DNA of 64,000 nucleotides from Piromyces finnis finn. Its lineage: Eukaryota > Fungi > Neocallimastigomycota. The DNA is taken from contig MCFH01000014.1 of assembly GCA_002104945.1 (NCBI GenBank), positions 744,001 through 808,000 on the forward strand. The letters run 5' to 3'. The translations under genes and the position numbers were made by a program. The notes under the pieces are model-generated. The model was not told the DNA's origin. It worked only from the letters and a program-made list of their open reading frames with translations, and ran no database searches. Shown here piece after piece: positions 10,361 to 25,167 of the stretch. The stretch's first letter is position 1. Every line of letters starts with the position of its first letter.

Positions 10361-10425
10361 TTTCTTAAATTTTTGATATAAATTGAAATTGTAAAATATT
10401 GTATTAGTTAAATGTATTAGTTAAA

Positions 10426-11542
10426 TGTGAAGATATTAACTGGATTTAAAACAAATTCAGATAATATCTATAATTAATTAAACATAATAATTATAATTAA
10501 ATAATTTCAATAATTATTTTAAAACACTTTTAAAAGTCACCTTTTAAATTTTGATTCAGTGAAAGGGTTATGATTTCAAAAATTTAATATCAATATACTA
10601 TAACCCTTAACCAAAAATAAGCAAGTACGAAATAAGGTGTAACTCGCCAAAAACGATCGCTACGGCTGTAAGTGCTACGGTGATGAAACTAGGTTTATTG
10701 GAAAGCTTAGGAAGAAAGCTACAATTTGGTACAATCGCGGTCCTTCTAACTGATCATTTAAGGAAGTTATGATCATTTAAAGATTTTATTAGGTAAATTA
10801 AAATCAATATGATATCAAGTATGGATCATAAATATTTCTTATGACTTGATGAAATTAAAAATATATCAATAGGAATTTTAGTTATATTAATTTAATTAAT
10901 GATAACGATTGTTACTAAAAATAGAACTAGACCCATTTAGGTGTAACAGTTAATACCTATAAATTAAATAATCTTAATTATTATAAAATAGGTTAACGGC
11001 AAGTTTTATTAGAAATAATTTTGAAAATAATAATTATTTAGTTATAACAAATATGTTATGGTAATATCAATTAATAATGATGAATTATTAATTGAATAGT
11101 TTTTATAATTACTAATTAGGATCAACTGTTTAAATGATTAATCATATGTTTATTTTATTTTATGTCATGACAAACAAACAATCTTATTACTTATTTAATT
11201 ATATTACTAATATATTATATGTAATACTTTATTCTTATTAATATCAATTTAATAATCTGAACAAAGAATATAAAAGAGAATGAATTGAATTCGATTTTAA
11301 TTCTTTGTAAAGATTATAGTTATAATCTTAATTATATAGTTACTTATAATATCATTTATATTATTATTAAATAAATAAAAAATTTATAAAAAGTTATTTT
11401 AAAGTAAATATAAATTTTTCATTTTTCATTTGGGAGTTTAAGGTGTTATTTTATAATTAAATTTAATTTCTTAAAAAACATTTTTACTATATAATTAATA
11501 ACATTCTGACCTGGCCGCATAACCAAACCCAAAAACTTAACA
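10426..11542 (+). mobile_element. Solo LTR, family A, copy 1
   Basis: TGTGAAGATAT...CTTAACA flanked by the 5-bp direct repeat TTAAA/TTAAA; homologous to 25168-26220. Strand inferred from terminus similarity. Confidence 0.85.
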
Positions 11543-11547
11543 TTAAA

Positions 11548-12055
11548 TGTAAAAGTTTTACTAAACTTATAATTTAATATTAAAATATTAAATTAAATAA
11601 AAGGTTAAAAGATAACTAGGTTAGAAAAAAAATGTTTTATTAAAATAATCTTAATTGATTTATAAATGAATAATTATATTATGTATTATAGTTAAAATAA
11701 TTCCTTTTTATTTTATTTAAAGAATATATATAATAATAAGATTATTTAATAGTAATACTTATTAAGTATTAATAAGATAATAATCTTTACAAAGATTTAA
11801 TTCATAAAACTATTCTAAACTATTTATACTATTTGTAATTTTACATTTAATACTAAAATAACTTTTTAGTACATGATTATATTCATAATATATTTTATAA
11901 TACTAAGGCTAAACTTAAGACTTACTACTAATTATTAAAAATAACTATTGTTTATATATTTATAATATTAATTATTTCTTAATTATAATATAATTCATTG
12001 AATATAATATTAATAATTATAATCCTCTAGTTCAAAGATTATAAATTATGTTATT
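11548..12055 (-). mobile_element. LTR-like repeat, family B, copy 1 (truncated)
   Basis: Starts TGTAAAAG right after the TSD of family A; shared with about 26226-26718. Strand is tentative. Confidence 0.6.
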
Positions 12056-13968
12056 GAAATAATTATTATAAAATAAAATTAATTAGTTCCGGAAAATAAT
12101 TTTAATTTAATTAAACAATAATTTTTATACTTTGAGTGAATGATTTATGTTTGATATATCAGGGGTGATCATTCTCTGAATAAACAATTAATCATTGCTA
12201 ACAAAATATCTTTAAATTGGAATATCTCGTGAACCAGCAGAGATATTGACCTGATTTTAAGATATGTTGTTTGTCTCGAGCGTGGCTTTCTAACGAACGT
12301 AATTATAACCAAAATATTTTTATTCAAAAATCGTCATTCGTTGAGGAGATACGCGTGTTTTTTCTTATTCCATTTTAACGATAAGGGTTAAAGTTATTTA
12401 TTATAAAAATTATTAAGGGTTAAGGTCATATTTTAACCTTTCCTAAATTTTTAAATATTTCTTAATAAAATTTTATAATTTATTTGAAAATAAAATATTT
12501 GTTGATTTTGAATTTTCATAAGTGATTTCACAATTCCAAGTGATCTTGAAATTGTAATTTCACTAGTATTCGTGACATTAAATAATGTATTTAATACGTA
12601 TGTAGAACAATGTATAATGTATTGAATTAATGTACCGTAAATTTTACAAAAATTTACATCACAATACATTAACATAAATTTATGTAAATTTAATTTTATG
12701 ATAAGATAAAGTTTTGATGATAAAATAAAATTTTAAAATTAAATAATTTTTAACCAATAAATATTTGAGATAAGAAAAAAAATTTTTTTTATAAACTAAG
12801 CCTCAAAATTAGAAATAAATAAATTAAATATATGTTTGAAATATAATCAACCATATAGTAAATAAATCAAAACTTTATTTTAAGCTTAGAAAATTCTTTA
12901 GTAAATAAATTGAATTTAAATAGTTTAATACAAATAATTTCTTTTAATAAATGTATAAATGTAAACAATGTAAAATTATAATATTAAAACATGTATATTA
13001 GAATTAATTCAATTTACTTAAAAAGTATAAATAAAGAAAATTTCTCAACTATTGAAACGATAGTTGGAAAATAGTAATTAATTACAATTGTATAATTAGT
13101 ATTAATAATATTAGATTATTAATAAAGTTTATAATAAAACATTTTTTATTTAATTAAAAACTGATTACCTAGCGAAGGCTCTGGTTAAATAACCTTCGTG
13201 GTAAAGTAATCAGCAGTTGTCATAGTTTCGAAGATAAATTTATTATTTAAATAAATAAAAAAAAAAAGTATTAAAAAATAAATTGGAATTTTTTTTTTTG
13301 TTTTGTATTGTTGTTTTGTTAGCACAGACCTAAATCCAATAATTTAATTTAAAGGTTAGATTTAAATTAAATATTTTACAGAAATTAATAAATATGAAAT
13401 TATAATCTTGATATAAACTAACCCTCAAAACAACTTAAAAATAAATAATAAATAATAATAATATTTAAATGTTTAATTAAAAGTATAAAAATTATATATT
13501 AAAACTCAGTTTAAATTATATTTTTGTTATAAAATAAACATAGTATAAATAACATTTTAAATAGTAAAATAGTGTTATATTAATTAAATTAATTACTTTA
13601 AAATAAATTGTTTCTTTTATTTATTATTCATTATTATTTTAAAACATATTAATATTTTATTTTAAAAAGTTAAAACAGAAAGAAAATTATAAATACATGT
13701 AATTATTTCCTAATTTAAAAATCAATCAATACTTTTAATAAATGTATTAAATAAAGAGTTGATTCAAAAATATGTTTTAAAATTGTGTTTTTAAAACATA
13801 ACTTTTATATTTTGTTAATAATCGTTATGTCGAATTAAAATATTTCAAATAACTTTATAATAAAAATTTATTTTAAATCTTTTTTTTTATATAAATTGAT
13901 AAGAATATTATCACTTTTATAATTATTTAATTATAAATTAAGATAATATTAAACACTTATCATTTTTT

Positions 13969-15174
<1,206 letters not shown>

Positions 15175-15199
15175 CATTTTTTGATAAAGAATGAAATTT

Positions 15200-16410
<1,211 letters not shown>

Positions 16411-17172
16411 CATTTTTTGTTAAGGAACCAACAAATAATATTATTCTTGTCATAATTAATGATTATGACCTAATCCATTATTGTTCCTAAATGTATGAAA
16501 ACTTTACAATATTCTTATTTGTAAATTAATGTATACACTTAAATTATATTTAAAATTATTAATAATTATTTTTATTGAACTTAAATTTTATTTTATTAAA
16601 TTTAAAAATTAATTTAGTAATAATAATATATTGAAAATTATAGTTTATTGAACTATTAGTTTAATTTATCAAGTTAATGAATTTTTATTAATTAAAATTA
16701 TGAATAATATTTCTGTAATGTAGTAAAATTCTTTAGTTAAATATATTTAAAGTAAACCTTTAATGTATGTTAATCAATTTAATAATATGTATAAATATTT
16801 ATTATAATAGTTATGTAATTTTATTATTCATTTAAAAGTAATTTAAATACTAAAATTAATGTAAATAATTAAAGACTAATTCTTTTAATTAACACTACTT
16901 AATTTTTTACAAAAAGTATAAAAAGGTGTATATTATAAGAATTATAGAGTATACAGATCTTTTTATTTTTATTTTATTTTATAATTTTATATTAATATTT
17001 TAATAAAACAATTTTATTAATAAAACAATTTTTCTTATTTCATTTTAATATTATTTTTGAGTATTAATAAATTTATTAATATTTTATAAATAAAATTAAA
17101 TTCCTCGAACCTTAACATTTTTGATACGCTACTCACATAAAAACATAATAAAAACTAACTGAATAAACACGA

Positions 17173-17597
17173 TGTGAAGATATTAACTGGATTTAAAACA
17201 AATTCAAATAGTATATAAATAATAAATGATTAATATATAAATAATACATGGGCACATATTCAAATTAAATAGTACTTGATCTGAATTGCCTATTTAATTT
17301 TACTAAAATAGTTATAGTTTAAATATTTTATTAATAGTTAAGATTTTAGCATAGGTTTTAAATAATAATATATAGTGAATAAATAGTTATAATATAATAT
17401 AAATGTATTTAGGAAAAATATAAATAGAAGATGTTTTTCATCATTTTATCGATGTAATTGTTATTATTAAAAATTCTATTATAATAAAAAAGAGATATTT
17501 TTATAAAACAATTTTTTTTATTTTTATTTTAAATTTTTGTATGTGTTATTGTAATAGAATAGATATCCTAGTCTATTCTTTCTGTGTCGCCATTACA
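17173..17597 (+). mobile_element. Chimeric solo LTR (family-A tip joined to the chromovirus LTR body)
   Basis: The first ~34 bp match family A; the remainder matches 140-514 through CGCCATTACA. No TSD (CACGA/ACCAT). Confidence 0.88.
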
Positions 17598-18011
17598 ACC
17601 ATATTAGAAGAGCTATAAATAACAATTAATTTTAGTTCCTTCGGCAATGCATCATACATTATGGTAAATTATCCACATACCACAAAAGGTGGCTTTGTCA
17701 ACCTCGTATAATGATTTCAGCTTTCCCATTTTTTCATAGGCGGTAGCGCAATCCTTGATATAATACTTGATCTTATCTATCACATTAGTTAGAATAATGT
17801 TGCTGGCCTTCGCATCATTTGTTTCATGGTCGTTTTTGGTATTATGATCGGTATCGTTATTTACACTATTGGCTATAGTGCTTGTGACATCGGTTTCAAT
17901 GTACAAATTTAACTTAAAGGATTTGAGATAATCACTAATTGTGATATACCAGATTGGAAAGTTTTCACATCCTACTAGTTTGTCACATGAAAAGTTGATA
18001 TTGGTTGACAT
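17598..18011 (-). pseudogene. Ty1/copia gag remnant
   Basis: KLVGCENFPIW...NDAKASNIIL...TAYEKMGKLKSLY, then a frameshifted YDALPKEL; resembles copia Gag. Confidence 0.65.
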
Positions 18012-19068
18012 GTCTGAGTTTTGAGTTGAGACTCTTAATCTTTTATTTGTATGTTAATTTTATTAATAAAATTTATTTATAGTAAATATAAATAGGTAAT
18101 TATCAGGAATTAATTAATACAAAATTAATAAATTTATGATATGTGGCTTAATATATTATTAATGATCATGTACATGAATATTCTTAGAACATGTGAATTA
18201 CTAATTATTACTAATGTATTATTTATTATTAATAATTAAAGTTTACTAAGTTATGATATTATGATATTATAACAATAATAATTAATAAACGAATACTAAT
18301 AAACATATTATGTCTTAATATATAAATGTATATACAAATGTAAAGGTAATTAATCATGTATTAGTATAAATGTTAAAAAAGAGTACTTAAATAAATATTA
18401 ACAAGTTCCTTTTTTTGATTATTTTAATTTAATATTTGTAAACTTTTATAAAATATAATAATTATAAAAGATTAATTATTCAAATTTAATTAATTAAATT
18501 TATTCCATACCAAATTTATTTTTGCTTATTGTTATTATTTAAAGATTTATAATAAAAAATTATTAAAATATTACAACATCTGATCTGATCAATACTTTTT
18601 TTTTTTTATATAATTAAAATAAATTAATTATTTGTAACCTTAAATTATCATAATAGATTAAGTCATAAATTTTAAAAAATTTTGTATAAATAGATAGCAT
18701 GGCATTAACATTCAATAATAATCAACTTTTTATAAATATGGATTTTCATTTATATCATTCACATAATAAGCATATTATTTTATGTTTTAATATTTTGATA
18801 TTTTGATATAATTTAACCAATGTACCCTTAATACTGACTATCTGTTTTTTTATTTTTATTTTTATTGATTTTAAAATAAATCCATTATTGATAATATTTC
18901 AATAAATAAATAATAATAGGGAGTAATATTTAATAATATTATTTAAATAAAAATACTAATAATAATATATATTATTGTTATATATTAAAAGGTATATTAA
19001 TATTTTAATAAATAAATTAATAATAATTATAATCGATAGTAATAATATCAGTGAAATTTAATATATAT

Positions 19069-21169
19069 TTAATCGATGTTATCTTTGATATCTAAAGTAT
19101 CAAATGGAATAGTACACAATTCACCATTTTCATATCCTCAACTACCTATTTCATCAACATGATCAATTTCAACAGAATCAGAACAACAATTATATCCTAA
19201 ATTTATAATGCTATATGGACAATTTAAATTTTTTTCTTCTTTACGTTCTATAGGGGCTGGTAATAATTCATAATCATTTAAACAGTTATTTTCGTCAACT
19301 CTTGAACAGATAGTCTTATTTTTAACAATAAAATCTTCATAAATATTATTATTATCACAATTTTCAATACTTATTTATTTTTATACATTATACATTTATC
19401 ATTATCAAATACTGAAATTATATTAGGATAATTATTATTTCGCTTAAAATACCACTGATTTCTAGAATTTCTAACACATTTAAAATTAGTTTTTAATACA
19501 TACCTTCTATCTTTATTAATTTTTAATTTAATTTGAATGCATTTCGCAGTTTTAGCTTTTTTCCATTTTGTTTTGAAATAATTCTTTTATAAATATAATA
19601 AGTACTATCAAAATATACATTTAATCCATTATTATATTCTGGGGATTCCAAATAATTAATTTATGTAGTTATCTTTATTAATTGTATTACTTAAATTTTC
19701 TAAATCATTATTTATATTATTTGGATGATTCAAATCATTAATTATGTAACTTAAAAGATCTGAATCATTAATTGTATATTCAAGATTATTAGTTGAGCGT
19801 TTCGAAATATTATTTAAATTTAAATCATTACTTGAATATATTTTACGTATAACATCAAGGGTTGGAAAATCTACTATACACCAATGATTATGAAAATATG
19901 CATCATATTAAAATCAACTAAATGTTTATTTATTTCAGAAGACATGGAATCTATAGTGCTAGAATCGAAAATATCATACCAATCACCTATTACTGCTACA
20001 TTCATGAAATCAATTGTAAGTACATCATTATCATATATATCATAAAATTGATCAGTAACTGTATTATTATAAATCTTAATATATTTAGTATTTTTAGTTT
20101 CATTATCTACATCACACTTTATTAGTATTTTTAATTTCATTATCTACATTGGATAACATACTTCACCATGACTACGACCACCACTATTACTATATTCTTT
20201 GTATGCTCCCATGTCAGATATTTCAACGAACGAAAATAGCCATATCACCATTTTTTCTAAGATAATTATTACGTGAAAGTATAACAATCTTACCTTTTGC
20301 TTTCTCGAGAGTTGATAATGTTTTAGATTCATTATAATAATAATCTTTATATTTTTTATCTTTATTAAATGGAACAACATTAGTATTGTTAATAGTAAGA
20401 TCAACAATTCTTTTAACAATTTCAACATTGGTTGAATAGTTATCATTATAAATGTTTTCGTTTTTTAAATGAACAATAACAGTTTCAGTATTATGTTTAT
20501 TTAAAAAATTAATAATTTCATCAAATACCTCGCTTAAATAATATTTTCCACCAGTAACTTTATTATAACAATCTAAAGAGCCATGAGAAAGATATAATTC
20601 CATATTTTTATTTGTCTCAAGTCTTATATCAAGATATCTAATTCCATGCTGTAATTGTTCAGTGATGTTTAAATTCTGAGTTTGTGCGACTTCAGAACGA
20701 ATATCAGACACAACTATTTCTTACATACCTATTGCATATGTTCCACTATCGTGGGTACCAGGAATATTAATCTCATTAAGTTTTTTATTTGTTCTAATAT
20801 AGCTCATCCAATTTACGTCATTATTTATTATTTATTATTTTTTTTATAATAACATGTATCTTGTAAGTAAATCCAACCATATCGAGTTAAGCATCCATAT
20901 TTTATTGCATGATGCTGTTGTATTAATTATCCTAACATTAGATGGTGATTTATAACTTACCCACTGACATTCAGGTGCTTTGAAATACCATAAATCAGCA
21001 TAGGGTGTAATACACGTTTTATCATCAAAATCATCACTACTTAATGTCATTACATTTTTTTTAAATATATTATATTCTGAGCTTTCATCTGGTTCTTCAG
21101 TTTTAATAGTAATAGCACATGATGGTTCTTTCAATCCCGATTTATAATAATAATAAATAGTATTATCAT
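19069..21169 (-). pseudogene. Bacterial-type PI-PLC X-domain protein with ricin-B-like region and C-terminal dockerin; pseudogene
   Basis: NWMSYI..LNEINIPGTHDSGT, AQTQNLNITEQLQHGIRYLDIRL, RNQWYF and CPYSIINLGYNCC..GS*GYENGELC. In-frame stops (TAA after AIGM; TGA at the dockerin Trp) and frameshifts. Confidence 0.82.
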
Positions 21170-21572
21170 TTATTATATTATATTATACATATCTTTTCCT
21201 TCGCTACTTTTTAAGCGACCTACATCCCATATATATGCATCCATATGATAAGCATTAATAATAGATGGGATTAATAAAATAAAGTAATTAATAATAAACT
21301 TTACATATTAAATATTTAACTTATTTAAATATATTGATGTTAAAATCATTTTGTAATTTTTTTCTTACTTATATGTAGTTTTAAAAATAATTAAATACAT
21401 AATATTTAAATTATATAATTTAAGTTCATAATTGAAATTAAAATAATTATAGTAATTAGAATAGTATTATCATATTATTATATTATTAGTAATTAGAAAT
21501 CCTAAAAAAAAATAAATATTTAAATTCATTTAAATATAGTATAATAAAATTGATAATTATTTAGTATTTGTC

Positions 21573-22605
21573 AGAAATAGTTGTGTCTGATATTCGTTCT
21601 GAAGTCGCACAAACTCAGAATTTAAACATCACTGAACAATTACAGCATGGAATTAGATATCTTGATATAAGACTTGAGACAAATAAAAATATGGAATTAT
21701 ATCTTTCTCATGGCTCTTTAGATTGTTATAATAAAGTTACTGGTGGAAAATATTATTTAAGCGAGGTATTTGATGAAATTATTAATTTTTTAAATAAACA
21801 TAATACTGAAACTGTTATTGTTCATTTAAAAAACGAAAACATTTATAATGATAACTATTCAACCAATGTTGAAATTGTTAAAAGAATTGTTGATCTTACT
21901 ATTAACAATACTAATGTTGTTCCATTTAATAAAGATAAAAAATATAAAGATTATTATTATAATGAATCTAAAACATTATCAACTCTCGAGAAAGCAAAAG
22001 GTAAGATTGTTATACTTTCACGTAATAATTATCTTAGAAAAAATGGTGATATGGCTATTTTCGTTCGTTGAAATATCTGACATGGGAGCATACAAAGAAT
22101 ATAGTAATAGTGGTGGTCGTAGTCATGGTGAAGTATGTTATCCAATGTAGATAATGAAATTAAAAATACTAATAAAGTGTGATGTAGATAATGAAACTAA
22201 AAATACTAAATATATTAAGATTTATAATAATACAGTTACTGATCAATTTTATGATATATATGATAATGATGTACTTACAATTGATTTCATGAATGTAGCA
22301 GTAATAGGTGATTGGTATGATATTTTCGATTCTAGCACTATAGATTCCATGTCTTCTGAAATAAATAAACATTTAGTTGATTTTAATATGATGCATATTT
22401 TCATAATCATTGGTGTATAGTAGATTTTCCAACCCTTGATGTTATACGTAAAATATATTCAAGTAATGATTTAAATTTAAATAATATTTCGAAACGCTCA
22501 ACTAATAATCTTGAATATACAATTAATGATTCAGATCTTTTAAGTTACATAATTAATGATTTGAATCATCCAAATAATATAAATAATGATTTGGAAAATT
22601 TAAGT
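21573..22605 (+). repeat. 1033-bp inverted duplication of 19689-20721 (partial PI-PLC pseudogene)
   Basis: Mirror ORFs in the track with identical translations; one mismatch noted near the end. Confidence 0.95.
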
Positions 22606-24093
22606 TTCTATTTCTATTTCTTCATTTGGAATTTCTTCCATATTTTCATCTTTATCTTCACTAATTTTCTTCTACGAATATCTCTAACATTCTTCTTTTG
22701 TTGTTTTAAGTTTCTAATATTAGGTTGGTTGAGTATTGAAGGCTTGACAATACTTTTATTGTTTGGTGATATTTTATTTTTATCTAATGTTTAAACATTA
22801 ATCCTCTTTTTTTGAGCAGCGTTTATAGAATAATTATTTTCATTAGAGATGTTAGAATTTATTTGGGCTTCTTGTACATTTTGAGAACTATTTGCAATTT
22901 TAGTTTTTATGGGAGATTGCTTACTCCCATTATTTAGTTTAAATGATTGTATTCATCATCTAATTCTGGACAATTATTCGTAGTATGACCTATTCTTTTA
23001 CAATTTAAACAAACATTAATTTTTAGGTCAGCAAGCTTTTGGGTTATTTCTTTTAGCTCATCCTCATTATTTTGTGGATATTTTAAAGTACTTCTTTGCT
23101 CAACATTTTGGTTAATATTATTAAATCTTAAATAATTATTATTATCATTATTGTAGTTGTTATTTTGAATATTATTATTATAATTATTATTTCTGTAATT
23201 ATTAGTATAATTTCTATTATTATAATTTTTAAAACTATTTTGAGTGGTGTTATTGTTATTCGTTCTGTTGTAACTATTAAAATTATTTAAATATGCTCTA
23301 TCATTATTACTTTGAGCATTATTATCATTTGAAAACCTTTTGGAATTAATTGAAGTCCTCATTTTGGGTCTATTTTTTTCAACTATATTATAAATTTTCT
23401 CTTTTTTTATAGTAATATTTCTAGCTTCTTCTAAGCTTTTTGGTTCAGCTTCTAATGGTGCCTCATGAGTTCTGATAAAATTCTAAAAGCATTAATGTAG
23501 TATGATAATATAATTTCATTTGACATTTTTAGATTTGTTTTATTTATTAAAGTGTTAAATTTAATATTGAATTCCAATACACTTTTACTTTTCTTTATGG
23601 TAATAGTAGATAATTCTAATAATCTAGAATTCTCTTGTATGGAACCTTTAAAATGACTTTTAAGGTTTTTGATTATAATCATCTGGTGTTTCTTCATTTA
23701 ATGCATTAACTACAATTGTTCTAGCTGTACCTGTAGTTAATGATATAAGATATTCTAACTTTTCTTGTTCTAGTACCTTATATAAATTACACCAATGGTT
23801 AAAAGAGAATTCCCAATCATCAAATTCAACCTTTATTGAATCCAAAATATGTATTCTATTAAAAGTAATACCTTTAGTAGTATTATCCATTTTTATTTTT
23901 ATTATATTATATTTTATTTTATTTGTAATAATTTAGTTATAAGTACAATAATTTTTATATACAATAATTTTTATTTACAATGATATACCCGACAGTTTTG
24001 TCACCGTGTCTTTCGACCTCCACTAACTAACCGTCATAAATATTAAGTGGTGTAATATTTACTTATTAGTTAGCGCTCTACTCCCCCACGATA
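22606..24093 (-). pseudogene. Ty3/gypsy gag (CCHC) and start of pol, degenerate and truncated
   Basis: Broken ORFs 23890-22934 ending CLNCKRIGHTTNNCP, with a slippery TTTAAAC and hairpin at the gag stop. Confidence 0.78.
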
Positions 24094-24399
24094 TGTGATA
24101 AAACTGCACTCTTATTAACATACTATAAAACATTTTAATTATCTTAGTAACTAATTAACCGAAAAGATAAACAAAAGTTATTTTTCGTTGAAAATTAACT
24201 AAAAAGATAACTCAATATTAATTGTATTATTCAAAAATATATCGGTCAACGCATCAACTTGATAAATAATGAAATTAATAAATATAAAATTATTATTATA
24301 CTTGATTTTTAAGTTAACCCCAAAAGTAACTTTAAATAAGTTATAGTTTAATAAATTACTTTACCAAAATCCCAAAATAAAATTAATCCTTAACACTGC

Positions 24400-24747
24400 A
24401 TATATTTTGATTATTGAAAGAAAATAATAAACTTTAATTAATCGAGATCAAAATAAATAACTTTTGTTAAATTAATTGTTAAATTAAATATTTAATAACT
24501 TCTTTAGTAAATTACTGTTATATAATAATATAATTAAACACTTTTATTAAAATATTAAAAATAATTATTACTTTAATTAATTATAAAATAAACAACTTTT
24601 TATATTCTTTAACTTTTAATTATTTCTTTTATTGTTATTTCTAATTACTTTTATTACTTTTATTGTTAATAGTTATTAATTTTATTATTTTAATGTAAAT
24701 AATTTAAATTTAAAAGAAAATATAAATACATGTAAATATTCTTATTC

Positions 24748-24812
<65 letters not shown>

Positions 24813-25129
24813 GTTGTTGTTGTTGTTGTTGTTGTTGTTATTAAAGAAATATTATATAGCTAGTTAATATTTTTATAATTTTAATAATCAATTTTATAAT
24901 TAAATGAATAAAATTTTAAATATTTAAATATTAGAAAAACAAATGTTTCTAATAAAACAATTTAGTGTTGTAATAAAACAATTTTATTAATTTTTATAAA
25001 AACAATTTCAAATTCTAATCCATATAACTTATATAATTATAATTAAAGATATAATATAATAAGCACTTTTTGAAGTAAAATTCAAAATTAAGATTATTAT
25101 CAAATTATATCATACTTTATAACGTTACA
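24400..25129 (+). mobile_element. Probable LTR remnant containing a (TTA)n(TTG)n microsatellite
   Basis: GAAAATATAAATACATGTAA at about 24716-24735 matches the TATA context of the 8126-8913 LTR; ends TTACA at 25129. Left boundary uncertain. Confidence 0.45.
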
Positions 25130-25167
25130 ATTATTATAATTTTTAAAACTATTTTGAGTGGTATTAT

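Noticed and set aside
12381-12440. Telomere-like AAGGGTTA repeats
   Set aside because: Only two or three non-tandem copies, not a TTAGGG array.
18028-18045. Degenerate half-tRNA-iMet PBS for the copia remnant
   Set aside because: Several mismatches to GGTTATGAGCCC and no clear adjacent LTR end.
24078-24093. tRNA PBS for the gypsy gag remnant (TATCGTGGGGGAG on the minus strand)
   Set aside because: I could not match it to a tRNA 3' end or to a self-primer, and the LTR beyond it could not be delimited.
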